Below, piece by piece: positions 40,201 to 55,500 of a stretch of 64,000 nucleotides of DNA (positions are counted from its first letter, which is position 1; each line of letters begins with the position of its first letter). The translations under genes were made by a program, and so were the position numbers. The DNA lies in the NCBI GenBank assembly GCA_964057225.1, contig OZ059896.1, forward strand, positions 3,720,001-3,784,000, read 5' to 3'. The DNA is from Auanema rhodensis. Lineage: Eukaryota > Animalia > Nematoda. The notes beneath the pieces are model-generated. The model worked only from the letters and a program-made list of their open reading frames with translations, ran no database searches and had not been told where the DNA came from.

Positions 40201-43200
40201 TACATTTAATTAGCATAAATTAAAGTTCACGTAAATTTCAAAGTCATGGTTACCATGAACCAATATCAATAAAAATTTGTTTTTAGACTAATATGGACAT
40301 GGGGAATCTAATTTCGAAAACCGCATCTATTTATCTTTCACGTGAAGCGAGTTACATACCAAGTGCACATCACGTGTACATTTAATTAGCATAAATTAAA
40401 GTTCACGTAAATTTCAAAGTCATGGTTACCATGAACCAATATCAATAAAAATTTGTTTTTAGACTAATTTGGACATGGGGAATCTAATTTTGAAAACCGC
40501 ATCTATTTATCTTTCACGTGAAGCGAGTTACATACCAAGTGCACATCACGTGTACATTTAATTAGCATAAATTAAAGTTCACGTAAATTTCAAAGTCATG
40601 GTTACCATGAACCAATATCAATAAAAATTTGTTTTTAGACTAATATGGACATGGGGAATCTAATTTTGGAAACCGCATCTCTTTATCTTTCACGTGAAGC
40701 GAGTTACATACCAAGTGCACATCACGTGTACATTTAATTAGCATAAATTAAAGTTCACGTAAATTTCAAAGTCATGGTTACCATGAACCAATATCAATAA
40801 AAATTTGTTTTTAGACTAATATGGACATGGGGAATCTAATTTCGAAAACCGCATCTATTTATCTTTCACGTGAAGCGAGTTACATACCAAGTGCACATCA
40901 CGTGTACATTTAATTAGCATAAATTAAAGTTCACGTAAATTTCAAAGTCATGGTTACCATGAACCAATATCAATAAAAATTTGTTTTTAGACTAATATGG
41001 ACATGGGGAATCTAATTTCGAAAACCGCATCTATTTATCTTTCACGTGAAGCGAGTTACATACCAAGTGCACATCACGTGTACATTTAATTAGCATAAAT
41101 TAAAGTTCACGTAAATTTCAAAGTCATGGTTACCATGAACCAATATCAATAAAAATTTGTTTTTAGACTAATATGGACATGGGGAATCTAATTTTGAAAA
41201 CCGCATCTCTTTATCTTTCACGTGAAGCGAGTTACATACCAAGTGCACATCACGTGTACATTTAATTAGCATAAATTAAAGTTCACGTAAATTTCAAAGT
41301 CATGGTTACCATGAACCAATATCAATAAAAATTTGTTTTTAGACTAATATGGACATGGAGAATCTAATTTCGAAAACCGCATCTATTTATCTTTCACGTG
41401 AAGCGAGTTACATACCAAGTGCACATCACGTGTACATTTAATTAGCATAAATTAAAGTTCACGTAAATTTCAAAGTCATGGTTACCATGAACCAATATCA
41501 ATAAAAATTTGTTTTTAGACTAATATGGACATGGGGAATCTAATTTCGAAAACCACATCTATTTATCTTTCACGTGAAGCGAGTTACATACCAAGTGCAC
41601 ATCACGTGTACATTTAATTAGCATAAATTAAAGTTCACGTAAATTTCAAAGTCATGGTTACCATGAACCAATATCAATAAAAATTTGTTTTTAGACTAAT
41701 TTGGACATGGAGAATCTAATTTTGAAAACCGCATCTATTTATCTTTCACGTGAAGCGAGTTACATACCAAGTGCACATCACGTGTACATTTAATTAGCAT
41801 AAATTAAAGTTCACGTAAATTTCAAAGTCATGGTTACCATGAACCAATATCAATAAAAATTTGTTTTTAGACTAATATGGACATGGGGAATCTAATTTTG
41901 GAAACCGCATCTCTTTATCTTTCACGTGAAGCGAGTTACATACCAAGTGCACATCACGTGTACATTTAATTAGCATAAATTAAAGTTCACGTAAATTTCA
42001 AAGTCATGGTTACCATGAACCAATATCAATAAAAATTTGTTTTTAGACTAATATGGACATGGGGAATCTAATTTCGAAAACCGCATCTATTTATCTTTCA
42101 CGTGAAGCGAGTTACATACCAAGTGCACATCACGTGTACATTTAATTAGCATAAATTAAAGTTCACGTAAATTTCAAAGTCATGGTTACCATGAACCAAT
42201 ATCAATAAAAATTTGTTTTTAGACTAATATGGACATGGGGAATCTAATTTCGAAAACCGCATCTATTTATCTTTCACGTGAAGCGAGTTACATACCAAGT
42301 GCACATCACGTGTACATTTAATTAGCATAAATTAAAGTTCACGTAAATTTCAAAGTCATGGTTACCATGAACCAATGTCAATAAAAATTTGTTTTTAGAC
42401 TAATATGGACATGGGGAATCTAATTTTGAAAACCGCATCTCTTTATTTTTCACGTGAAGCGAGTTACATACCAAGTGCACATCACGTGTACATTTAATTA
42501 GCATAAATTAAAGTTCACGTAAATTTCAAAGTCATGGTTACCATGAACCAATATCAATAAAAATTTGTTTTTAGACTAATATGGACATGGGGAATCTAAT
42601 TTCGAAAACCGCATCTATTTATCTTTCACGTGAAGCGAGTTACATACCAAGTGCACATCACGTGTACAATTAATTAGCATAAATTAAAGTTCACGTAAAT
42701 TTCAAAGTCATGGTTACCATGCACCAATATCAATAAAAATTTGTTTTTAGACTAATATGGACATGGGGAATCTAATTTTGAAAACCGCATCTCTTTATCT
42801 CTCACGTGAAGCGAGTTACATACCAAGGGCACATCACGTGTACATTTAATTAGCATTAATTAAAGTTCACGTAAATTTCAAAGTCATGGTTACCATGAAC
42901 CAATATCAATAAAAATTTGTTTTTAGACTAATTTGGACATGGGGAATCTAATTTTGAAAACCGCATCTATTTATCTTTCACGTGAAGCGAGTTACATACC
43001 AAGTGCACATCACGTGTACATTTAATTAGCATAAATTAAAGTTCACGTAAATTTCAAAGTCATGGTTACCATGAACCAATATCAATAAAAATTTGTTTTT
43101 AGACTAATATGGACATGGGGAATCTAATTTCGAAAACCGCATCTATTTATCTTTCACGTGAAGCGAGTTACATACCAAGTGCACATCACGTGTACATTAA

Positions 43201-46200
43201 ATTAGCATAAATTAAAGTTCACGTAAATTTCAAAGTCATGGTTACCATGAACCAATATCAATAAAAATTTGTTTTTAGACTAATTTGGACATGGGGAATC
43301 TAATTTTGAAAACCGCATCTATTTATCTTTCACGTGAAGCGAGTTACATACCAAGTGCACATCACGTGTACATTTAATTAGCATAAATTAAAGTTCACGT
43401 AAATTTCAAAGTCATGGTTACCATGAACCAATGTCAATAAAAATTTGTTTTTAGACTAATATGGACATGGGGAATCTAATTTTGAAAACCGCATCTCTTT
43501 ATTTTTCACGTGAAGCGAGTTACATACCAAGTGCACATCACGTGTACATTTAATTAGCATAAATTAAAGTTCACGTAAATTTCAAAGTCATGGTTACCAT
43601 GAACCAATATCAATAAAAATTTGTTTTTAGACTAATATGGACATGGGGAATCTAATTTCGAAAACCGCATCTATTTATCTTTCACGTGAAGCGAGTTACA
43701 TACCAAGTGCACATCACGTGTACAATTAATTAGCATAAATTAAAGTTCACGTAAATTTCAAAGTCATGGTTACCATGCACCAATATCAATAAAAATTTGT
43801 TTTTAGACTAATATGGACATGGGGAATCTAATTTTGAAAACCGCATCTCTTTATCTCTCACGTGAAGCGAGTTACATACCAAGGGCACATCACGTGTACA
43901 TTTAATTAGCATTAATTAAAGTTCACGTAAATTTCAAAGTCATGGTTACCATGAACCAATATCAATAAAAATTTGTTTTTAGACTAATTTGGACATGGGG
44001 AATCTAATTTTTAAAACCGCATCTATTTATCTTTCACGTGAAGCGAGTTACATACCAAGTGCACATCACGTGTACATTTAATTTGCATAAATTAAAGTTC
44101 ACGTAAATTTCAAAGTCATGGTTACCATGAACCAATATCAATAAAAATTTGTTTTTAGACTAATATGGACATGGGGAATCTAATTTCGAAAACCGCATCT
44201 ATTTATCTTTCACGTGAAGCGAGTTACATACCAAGTGCACATCACGTGTACATTTATTTAGCATAAATTAAAGTTCACGTAAATTTCAAAGTCATGGTTA
44301 CCATGCACCAATATCAATAAAAATTTGTTTTTAGACTAGTTTGGACATGGGGAATCTAATTTTGAAAACCGCATCTATTTATCTTTCACGTGAAGCGAGT
44401 TACATACCAAGTGCACATCACGTGTACATTTAATTAGCATAAATTAAAGTTCACGTAAATTTCAAAGTCATGGTTACCATGAACCAATATCAATAAAAAT
44501 TTGTTTTTAGACTAATATGGACATGGGGAATCTAATTTTGGAAACCGCATCTCTTTATCTTTCACGTGAAGCGAGTTACATACCAAGTGCACATCACGTG
44601 TACATTTAATTAGCATAAATTAAAGTTCACGTAAATTTCAAAGTCATGGTTACCATGAACCAATATCAATAAAAATTTGTTTTTAGACTAATATGGACAT
44701 GGGGAATCTAATTTCGAAAACCGCATCTATTTATCTTTCACGTGAAGCGAGTTACATACCAAGTGCACATCACGTGTACATTAAATTAGCATAAATTAAA
44801 GTTCACGTAAATTTCAAAGTCATGGTTACCATGAACCAATATCAATAAAAATTTGTTTTTAGACTAATTTGGACATGGGGAATCTAATTTCGAAAACCGC
44901 ATCTATTTATCTTTCACGTGAAGCGAGTTACATACCAAGTGCACATCACGTGTACATTTAATTAGCATAAATTAAAGTTCACGTAAATTTCAAAGTCATG
45001 GTTACCATGAACCAATGTCAATAAAAATTTGTTTTTAGACTAATATGGACATGGGGAATCTAATTTTGAAAACCGCATCTCTTTATTTTTCACGTGAAGC
45101 GAGTTACATACCAAGTGCACATCACGTGTACATTTAATTAGCATAAATTAAAGTTCACGTAAATTTCAAAGTCATGGTTACCATGAACCAATATCAATAA
45201 AAATTTGTTTTTAGACTAATATGGACATGGGGAATCTAATTTCGAAAACCGCATCTATTTATCTTTCACGTGAAGAGAGTTACATACCAAGTGCACATCA
45301 CGTGTACAATTAATTAGCATAAATTAAAGTTCACGTAAATTTCAAAGTCATGGTTACCATGCACCAATATCAATAAAAATTTGTTTTTAGACTAATATGG
45401 ACATGGGGAATCTAATTTTGAAAACCGCATCTCTTTATCTCTCACGTGAAGCGAGTTACATACCAAGGGCACATCACGTGTACATTTAATTAGCATTAAT
45501 TAAAGTTCACGTAAATTTCAAAGTCATGGTTACCATGAACCAATATCAATAAAAATTTGTTTGTGAACTAATATGGACATGGGGAATCTAATTTTGAAAA
45601 CCGCATCTCTTCATCTTTCACGTGAAGCGAGTTACATACCAAGTGCACATCACGTGTACATTTAATTAGCATAAATTAAAGTTCACGTAAATTTCAAAGT
45701 CATGGTTACCATGAACCAATGTCAATAAAAATTTGTTTTTAGACTAATATGGACATGGGGAATCTAATTTTGAAAACCGCATCTCTTTATTTTTCACGTG
45801 AAGCGAGTTACATACCAAGTGCACATCACGTGTACATTTAATTAGCATAAATTAAAGTTCACGTAAATTTCAAAGTCATGGTTACCATGAACCAATATCA
45901 ATAAAAATTTGTTTTTAGACTAATATGGACATGGGGAATCTAATTTTGAAAACCGCATCTCTTTATCTTTCACGTGAAGCGAGTTACATACCAAGTGCAC
46001 ATCACGTGTACATTAAATTAGCATAAATTAAAGTTCACGTAAATTTCAAAGTCATGGTTACCATGAACCAATATCAATAAAAATTTGTTTTTAGACTAAT
46101 TTGGACATGGGGAATCTAATTTTGAAAACCGCATCTCTTCATCTTTCACGTGAAGCGAGTTACATACCAAGTGCACATCACGTGTACATTTAATTAGCAT

Positions 46201-49200
46201 AAATTAAAGTTCACGTAAATTTCAAAGTCATGGTTACCATGAACCAATGTCAATAAAAATTTGTTTTTAGACTAATATGGACATGGGGAATCTAATTTTG
46301 AAAACCGCATCTCTTCATCTTTCACGTGAAGCGAGTTACATACCAAGTGCACATCACGTGTACATTTAATTAGCATAAATTAAAGTTCACGTAAATTTCA
46401 AAGTCATGGTTACCATGAACCAATATCAATAAAAATTTGTTTTTAGACTAATATGGACATGGGGAATCTAATTTCGAAAACCGCATCTATTCATCTTTCA
46501 CGTGAAGCGAGTTACATACCAAGTGCACATCACGTGTACATTTAATTAGCATAAATTAAAGTTCACGTAAATTTCAAAGTCATGGTTACCATGAACCAAT
46601 ATCAATAAAAATTTGTTTGTGAACTAATATGGACATGGGGAATCTAATTTTGGAAACCGCATCTCTTCATCTTTCACGTGAAGCGAGTTACATACCAAGT
46701 GCACATCACGTGTACATTTAATTAGCATAAATTAAAGTTCACGTAAATTTCAAAGTCATGGTTACCATGAACCAATATCAATAAAAAATTTGTTTTTAGA
46801 CTAATATGGACATGGGGAATCTAATTTCGAAAACCGCATGTATTCATCTTTCACGTGAAGCGAGTTACATACCAAGTGCACATCACGTGTACATTTAATT
46901 AGCATAAATTAAAGTTCACGTAAATTTCAAAGTCATGGTTACCATGAACCAATATCAATAAAAATTTGTTTGTGAACTAATATGGACATGGGGAATCTAA
47001 TTTTGGAAACCGCATCTCTTCATCTTTCACGTGAAGCGAGTTACATACCAAGTGCACATCACGTGTACAATTAATTAGCATAAATTAAAGTTCACGTAAA
47101 TTTCAAAGTCATGGTTACCATGCACCAATATCAATAAAAATTTGTTTTTAGACTAATATGGACATGGGGAATCTAATTTTGAAAACTGCATCTCTTTATC
47201 TTTCACGTGAAGCGAGTTACATACCAAGTGCACATCACGTGTACATTTAATTAGCATAAATTAAAGTTCACGTAAATTTCAAAGTCATGGTTACCATGAA
47301 CCAATATCAATAAAAATTTGTTTTTAGACTAATATGGACATGGGGAATCTAATTTCGAAAACCGCATCTATTCATCTTTCACGTGAAGCGAGTTACATAC
47401 CAAGTGCACATCACGTGTACATTTAATTAGCATAAATTAAAGTTCACGTAAATTTCAAAGTCATGGTTACCATGAACCAATATCAATAAAAATTTGTTTT
47501 TAGACTAATATGGACATGGGGAATCTAATTTTGGAAACCGCATCTCTTCATCTTTCACGTGAAGCGAGTTACATACCAAGTGCACATCACGTGTACAATT
47601 AATTAGCATAAATTAAAGTTCACGTAAATTTCAAAGTCATGGTTACCATGCACCAATATCAATAAAAATTTGTTTTTAGACTAATATGGACATGGGGAAT
47701 CTAATTTTGAAAACTGCATCTCTTTATCTTTCACGTGAAGCGAGTTACATACCAAGTGCACATCACGTGTACATTTAATTAGCATAAATTAAAGTTCACG
47801 TAAATTTCAAAGTCATGGTTACCATGAACCAATATCAATAAAAATTTGTTTTTAGACTAATATGGACATGGGGAATCTAATTTCGAAAACCGCATCTATT
47901 CATCTTTCACGTGAAGCGAGTTACATACCAAGTGCACATCACGTGTACATTTAATTAGCATAAATTAAAGTTCACGTAAATTTCAAAGTCATGGTTACCA
48001 TGAACCAATATCAATAAAAATTTGTTTTTAGACTAATATGGACATGGGGAATCTAATTGTGAAAACCGCATCTCTTTATCTTTCACGTGAAGCGAGTTAC
48101 ATACCAAGTGCACATCACGTGTACATTTAATTAGCATAAATTAAAGTTCACGTAAATTTCAAAGTCATGGTTACCATGAACCAATATCAATAAAAATTTG
48201 TTTTTAGACTAATATGGACATGGGGAATCTAATTTTGAAAACCGCATCTCTTTATCTTTCACGTGAAGCGAGTTACATACCAAGTGCACATCACGTGTAC
48301 ATTAAATTAGCATAAATTAAAGTTCACGTAAATTTCAAAGTCATGGTTACCATGAACCAATATCAATAAAAATTTGTTTTTAGACTAATTTGGACATGGG
48401 GAATCTAATTTTGAAAACCGCATCTCTTCATCTTTCACGTGAAGCGAGTTACATACCAAGTGCACATCACGTGTACATTTAATTAGCATAAATTAAAGTT
48501 CACGTAAATTTCAAAGTCATGGTTACCATGAACCAATGTCAATAAAAATTTGTTTTTAGACTAATATGGACATGGGGAGTCTAATTTTGAAAACCGCATC
48601 TCTTCATCTTTCACGTGAAGCGAGTTACATACCAAGTGCACATCACGTGTACATTTAATTAGCATAAATTAAAGTTCACGTAAATTTCAAAGTCATGGTT
48701 ACCATGAACCAATATCAATAAAAATTTGTTTTTAGACTAATATGGACATGGGGAATCTAATTTCGAAAACCGCATCTATTCATCTTTCACGTGAAGCGAG
48801 TTACATACCAAGTGCACATCACGTGTACATTTAATTAGCATAAATTAAAGTTCACGTAAATTTCAAAGTCATGGTTACCATGAACCAATATCAATAAAAA
48901 ATTTGTTTTTAGACTAATATGGACATGGGGAATCTAATTTCGAAAACCGCATGTATTCATCTTTCACGTGAAGCGAGTTACATACCAAGTGCACATCACG
49001 TGTACATTTAATTAGCATAAATTAAAGTTCACGTAAATTTCAAAGTCATGGTTACCATGAACCAATATCAATAAAAATTTGTTTGTGAACTAATATGGAC
49101 ATGGGGAATCTAATTTTGGAAACCGCATCTCTTCATCTTTCACGTGAAGCGAGTTACATACCAAGTGCACATCACGTGTACAATTAATTAGCATAAATTA

Positions 49201-52200
49201 AAGTTCACGTAAATTTCAAAGTCATGGTTACCATGCACCAATATCAATAAAAATTTGTTTTTAGACTAATATGGACATGGGGAATCTAATTTTGAAAACC
49301 GCATCTCTTTATCTCTCACGTGAAGCGAGTTACATACCAAGGGCACATCACGTGTACATTTAATTAGCATTAATTAAAGTTCACGTAAATTTCAAAGTCA
49401 TGGTTACCATGAACCAATATCAATAAAAATTTGTTTGTGAACAAATATGGACATGGGGAATCTAATTTTGAAAACCGCATCTCTTCATCTTTCACGTGAA
49501 GCGAGTTACATACCAAGTGCACATCACGTGTACATTTAATTAGCATAAATTAAAGTTCACGTAAATTTCAAAGTCATGGTTACCATGAACCAATGTCAAT
49601 AAAAATTTGTTTTTAGACTAATATGGACATGGGGAATCTAATTTTGAAAACCGCATCTCTTTATTTTTCACGTGAAGCGAGTTACATACCAAGTGCACAT
49701 CACGTGTACATTTAATTAGCATAAATTAAAGTTCACGTAAATTTCAAAGTCATGGTTACCATGAACCAATATCAATAAAAATTTGTTTTTAGACTAATTT
49801 GGACATGGGGAATCTAATTTTGAAAACCGCATCTATTTATCTTTCACGTGAAGCGAGTTACATACCAAGTGCACATCACGTGTACATTTAATTAGCATAA
49901 ATTAAAGTTCACGTAAATTTCAAAGTCATGGTTACCATGAACCAATATCAATAAAAATTTGTTTGTGAACTAATATGGACATGGGGAATCTAATTTTGGA
50001 AACCGCATCTCTTCATCTTTCACGTGAAGCGAGTTACATACCAAGTGCACATCACGTGTACAATTAATTAGCATAAATTAAAGTTCACGTAAATTTCAAA
50101 GTCATGGTTACCATGCACCAATATCAATAAAAATTTGTTTTTAGACTAATATGGACATGGGGAATCTAATTTTGAAAACCGCATCTCTTTATCTCTCAGG
50201 TGAAGCGAGTTACATACCAAGTGCACATCACGTGTACAATTAATTAGCATAAATTAAAGTTCACGTAAATTTCAAAGTCATGGTTACCATGCACCAATAT
50301 CAATAAAAATTTGTTTTTAGACTAATATGGACATGTGGAATCTAACTTTGAAAACCGCATCTCTTTATCTCTCACGTGAAGCGAGTTACATACCAAGGGC
50401 ACATCACGTGTACATTTAATTAGCATAAATTAAAGTTCACGTAAATTTCAAAGTCATGGTTACCATGCACCAATATCAATAAAAATTTGTTTTTAGACTA
50501 ATATGGACATGGGGAATCTAATTTTGAAAACCGCATCTCTTTATCTTTCACGTGAAGCGAGTTACATACCAAGTGCACATCACGTGTACATTTAATTAGC
50601 ATAAATTAAAGTTCACGTAAATTTCAAAGTCATGGTTACCATGAACCAATATCAATAAAAATTTGTTTTTAGACTAATATGGACATGGGGAATCTAATTT
50701 TGAAAACCGCATCTCTTTATCTTTCACGTGAAGCGAGTTACATACCAAGTGCACATCACGTGTACATTTAATTAGCATTAATTAAAGTTCACGTAAATTT
50801 CAAAGTCATGGTTACCATGAACCAATATCAATAAAAATTTGTTTGTGAACTAATCTGGACATGGGGAATCTAATTTTGAAAACCGCATCTCTTCATCTTT
50901 CACGTGAAGCGAGTTACATACCAAGTGCACATCACGTGTACATTTAATTAGCATAAATTAAAGTTCACGTAAATTTCAAAGTCATGGTTACCATGCACCA
51001 ATATCAATAAAAATTTGTTTTTAGACTAATATGGACATGGGGAATCTAATTTTGAAAACCGCCTCTCTTTATCTCTCACGTGAAGCGAGTTACATACCAA
51101 GGGCACATCACGTGTACATTTAATTAGCATTAATTAAAGTTCACGTAAATTTCAAAGTCATGGTTACCATGAACCAATATCAATAAAAATTTGTTTGTGA
51201 ACTAATATGGACATGGGGAATCTAATTTTGAAAACCGCATCTCTTCATCTTTCACGTGAAGCGAGTTACATACCAAGTGCACATCACGTGTACATTTAAT
51301 TAGCATAAATTAAAGTTCACGTAAATTTCAAAGTCATGGTTACCATGAACCAATGTCAATAAAAATTTGTTTTTAGACTAATATGGACATGGGGAATCTA
51401 ATTTTGAAAACCGCATCTCTTTATTTTTCACGTGAAGCGAGTTACATACCAAGTGCACATCACGTGTACATTTAATTAGCATAAATTAAAGTTCACGTAA
51501 ATTTCAAAGTCATGGTTACCATGAACCAATATCAATAAAAATTTGTTTTTAGACTAATTTGGACATGGGGAATCTAATTTTGAAAACCGCATCTCTTCAT
51601 CTTTCACGTGAAGCAAGTTACATACCAAGTGCACATCACGTGTACATTTAATTAGCATAAATTAAAGTTCACGTAAATTTCAAAGTCATGGTTACCATGA
51701 ACCAATGTCAATAAAAATTTGTTTGTGAACTAATATGGACATGGGGAATCTAATTTTGGAAACCGCATCTCTTCATCTTTCACGTGAAGCGAGTTACATA
51801 CCAAGTGCACATCACGTGTACAATTAATTAGCATAAATTAAAGTTCACGTAAATTTCAAAGTCATGGTTACCATGCACCAATATCAATAAAAATTTGTTT
51901 TTAGACTAATATGGACATGGGGAATCTAACTTTGAAAACCGCATCTCTTTATCTCTCACGTGAAGCGAGTTACATACCAAGGGCACATCACGTGTACATT
52001 TAATTAGCATAAATTAAAGTTCACGTAAATTTCAAAGTCATGGTTACCATGCACCAATATCAATAAAAATTTGTTTTTAGACTAATATGGACATGGGGAA
52101 TCTAATTTTGAAAACCGCATCTCTTTATCTCTCAGGTGAAGCGAGTTACATACCAAGTGCACATCACGTGTACAATTAATTAGCATAAATTAAAGTTCAC

Positions 52201-52569
52201 GTAAATTTCAAAGTCATGGTTACCATGCACCAATATCAATAAAAATTTGTTTTTAGACTAATATGGACATGGGGAATCTAACTTTGAAAACCGCATCTCT
52301 TTATCTCTCACGTGAAGCGAGTTACATACCAAGGGCACATCACGTGTATATTTAATTAGCATAAATTAAAGTTCACGTAAATTTCAAAGTCATGGTTACC
52401 ATGCACCAATATCAATAAAAATTTGTTTTTAGACTAATATGGACATGGGGAATCTAATTTTGAAAACCGCATCTCTTTATCTTTCACGTGAAGCGAGTTA
52501 CATACCAAGTGCACATCACGTGTACATTTAATTAGCATAAATTAAAGTTCACGTAAATTTCAAAGTCAT

Positions 52570-55500
52570 GGTTACCATGAACCAATATCAATAAAAATTT
52601 GTTTTTAGACTAATATGGACATGGGGAATCTAATTTTGAAAACCGCATCTCTTTATCTTTCACGTGAAGCGAGTTACATACCAAGTGCACATCACGTGTA
52701 CATTTAATTAGCATTAATTAAAGTTCACGTAAATTTCAAAGTCATGGTTACCATGAACCAATATCAATAAAAATTTGTTTGTGAACTAATATGGACATGG
52801 GGAATCTAATTTTGAAAACCGCATCTCTTCATCTTTCACGTGAAGCGAGTTACATACCAAGTGCACATCACGTGTACATTTAATTAGCATAAATTAAAGT
52901 TCACGTAAATTTCAAAGTCATGGTTACCATGCACCAATATCAATAAAAATTTGTTTTTAGACTAATATGGACATGGGGAATCTAATTTTGAAAACCGCAT
53001 CTCTTTATCTCTCACGTGAAGCGAGTTACATACCAAGGGCACATCACGTGTACATTTAATTAGCATTAATTAAAGTTCACGTAAATTTCAAAGTCATGGT
53101 TACCATGAACCAATATCAATAAAAATTTGTTTGTGAACTAATATGGACATGGGGAATCTAATTTTGAAAACCGCATCTCTTCATCTTTCACGTGAAGCGA
53201 GTTACATACCAAGTGCACATCACGTGTACATTTAATTAGCATAAATTAAAGTTCACGTAAATTTCAAAGTCATGGTTACCATGAACCAATGTCAATAAAA
53301 ATTTGTTTTTAGACTAATATGGACATGGGGAATCTAATTTTGAAAACCGCATCTCTTTATTTTTCACGTGAAGCGAGTTACATACCAAGTGCACATCACG
53401 TGTACATTTAATTAGCATAAATTAAAGTTCACGTAAATTTCAAAGTCATGGTTACCATGAACCAATATCAATAAAAATTTGTTTTTAGACTAATTTGGAC
53501 ATGGGGAATCTAATTTTGAAAACCGCATCTCTTCATCTTTCACGTGAAGCGAGTTACATACCAAGTGCACATCACGTGTACATTTAATTAGCATAAATTA
53601 AAGTTCACGTAAATTTCAAAGTCATGGTTACCATGAACCAATGTCAATAAAAATTTGTTTGTGAACTAATATGGACATGGGGAATCTAATTTTGGAAACC
53701 GCATCTTTTCATCTTTCACGTGAAGCGAGTTACATACCAAGTGCACATCACGTGTACAATTAATTAGCATAAATTAAAGTTCACGTAAATTTCAAAGTCA
53801 TGGTTACCATGCACCAATATCAATAAAAATTTGTTTTTAGACTAATATGGACATGGGGAATCTAACTTTGAAAACCGCATCTCTTTATCTCTCACGTGAA
53901 GCGAGTTACATACCAAGGGCACATCACGTGTACATTTAATTAGCATAAATTAAAGTTCACGTAAATTTCAAAGTCATGGTTACCATGCACCAATATCAAT
54001 AAAAATTTGTTTTTAGACTAATATGGACATGGGGAATCTAACTTTGAAAACCGCATCTCTTTATCTCTCACGTGAAGCGAGTTACATACCAAGGGCACAT
54101 CACGTGTACATTTAATTAGCATAAATTGAAGTTCACGTAAATTTCAAAGTCATGGTTACCATGCACCAATATCAATAAAAATTTGTTTTTAGACTAATAT
54201 GGACATGGGGAATCTAATTTTGAAAACCGCATCTCATTATCTTTCACGTGAAGCGAGTTACATACCAAGTGCACATCACGTGTACATTTAATTAGCATAA
54301 ATTAAAGTTCACGTAAATTTCAAAGTCATGGTTACCATGAACCAATATCAATAAAAATTTGTTTTTAGACTAATATGGACATGGGGAATCTAATTTTGAA
54401 AACCGCATCTCTTTATCTTTCACGTGAAGCGAGTTACATACCAAGTGCACATCACGTGTACATTTAATTAGCATTAATTAAAGTTCACGTAAATTTCAAA
54501 GTCATGGTTACCATGAACCAATATCAATAAAAATTTGTTTTTAGACTAATATGGACATGGGGAATCTAATTTTGAAAACCGCATCTCTTTATCTCTCACG
54601 TGAAGCGAGTTACATACCAAGGGCACATCACGTGTACATTTAATTAGCATTAATTAAAGTTCACGTAAATTTCAAAGTCATGGTTACCATGAACCAATAT
54701 CAATAAAAATTTGTTTGTGAACTAATATGGACATGGGGAATCTAATTTTGAAAACCGCATCTCTTCATCTTTCACGTGAAGCGAGTTACATACCAAGTGC
54801 ACATCACGTGTACATTTAATTAGCATAAATTAAAGTTCACGTAAATTTCAAAGTCATGGTTACCATGAACCAATGTCAATAAAAATTTGTTTTTAGACTA
54901 ATATGGACATGGGGAATCTAATTTTGAAAACCGCATCTCTTTATTTTTCACGTGAAGCGAGTTACATACCAAGTGCACATCACGTGTACATTTAATTAGC
55001 ATAAATTAAAGTTCACGTAAATTTCAAAGTCATGGTTACCATGAACCAATATCAATAAAAATTTGTTTTTAGACTAATTTGGACATGGGGAATCTAATTT
55101 TAAAAACCGCATCTCTTCATCTTTCACGTGAAGCGAGTTACATACCAAGTGCACATCACGTGTACATTTAATTAGCATAAATTAAAGTTCACGTAAATTT
55201 CAAAGTCATGGTTACCATGAACCAATGTCAATAAAAATTTGTTTGTGAACTAATATGGACATGGGGAATCTAATTTTGGAAACCGCATCTCTTCATCTGT
55301 CACGTGAAGCGAGTTACATACCGAGTGCACATCACGTGTACATTTAATTAGCATAAATTAAAGTTCACGTAAATTTCAAAGTCATGGTTACCATGAACCA
55401 ATATCAATAAAAATTTGTTTTTAGACTAATATGGACATGGGGAATCTAATTTTGGAAACCGCATCTCTTTATCTTTCACGTGAAGCGAGTTACATACCAA

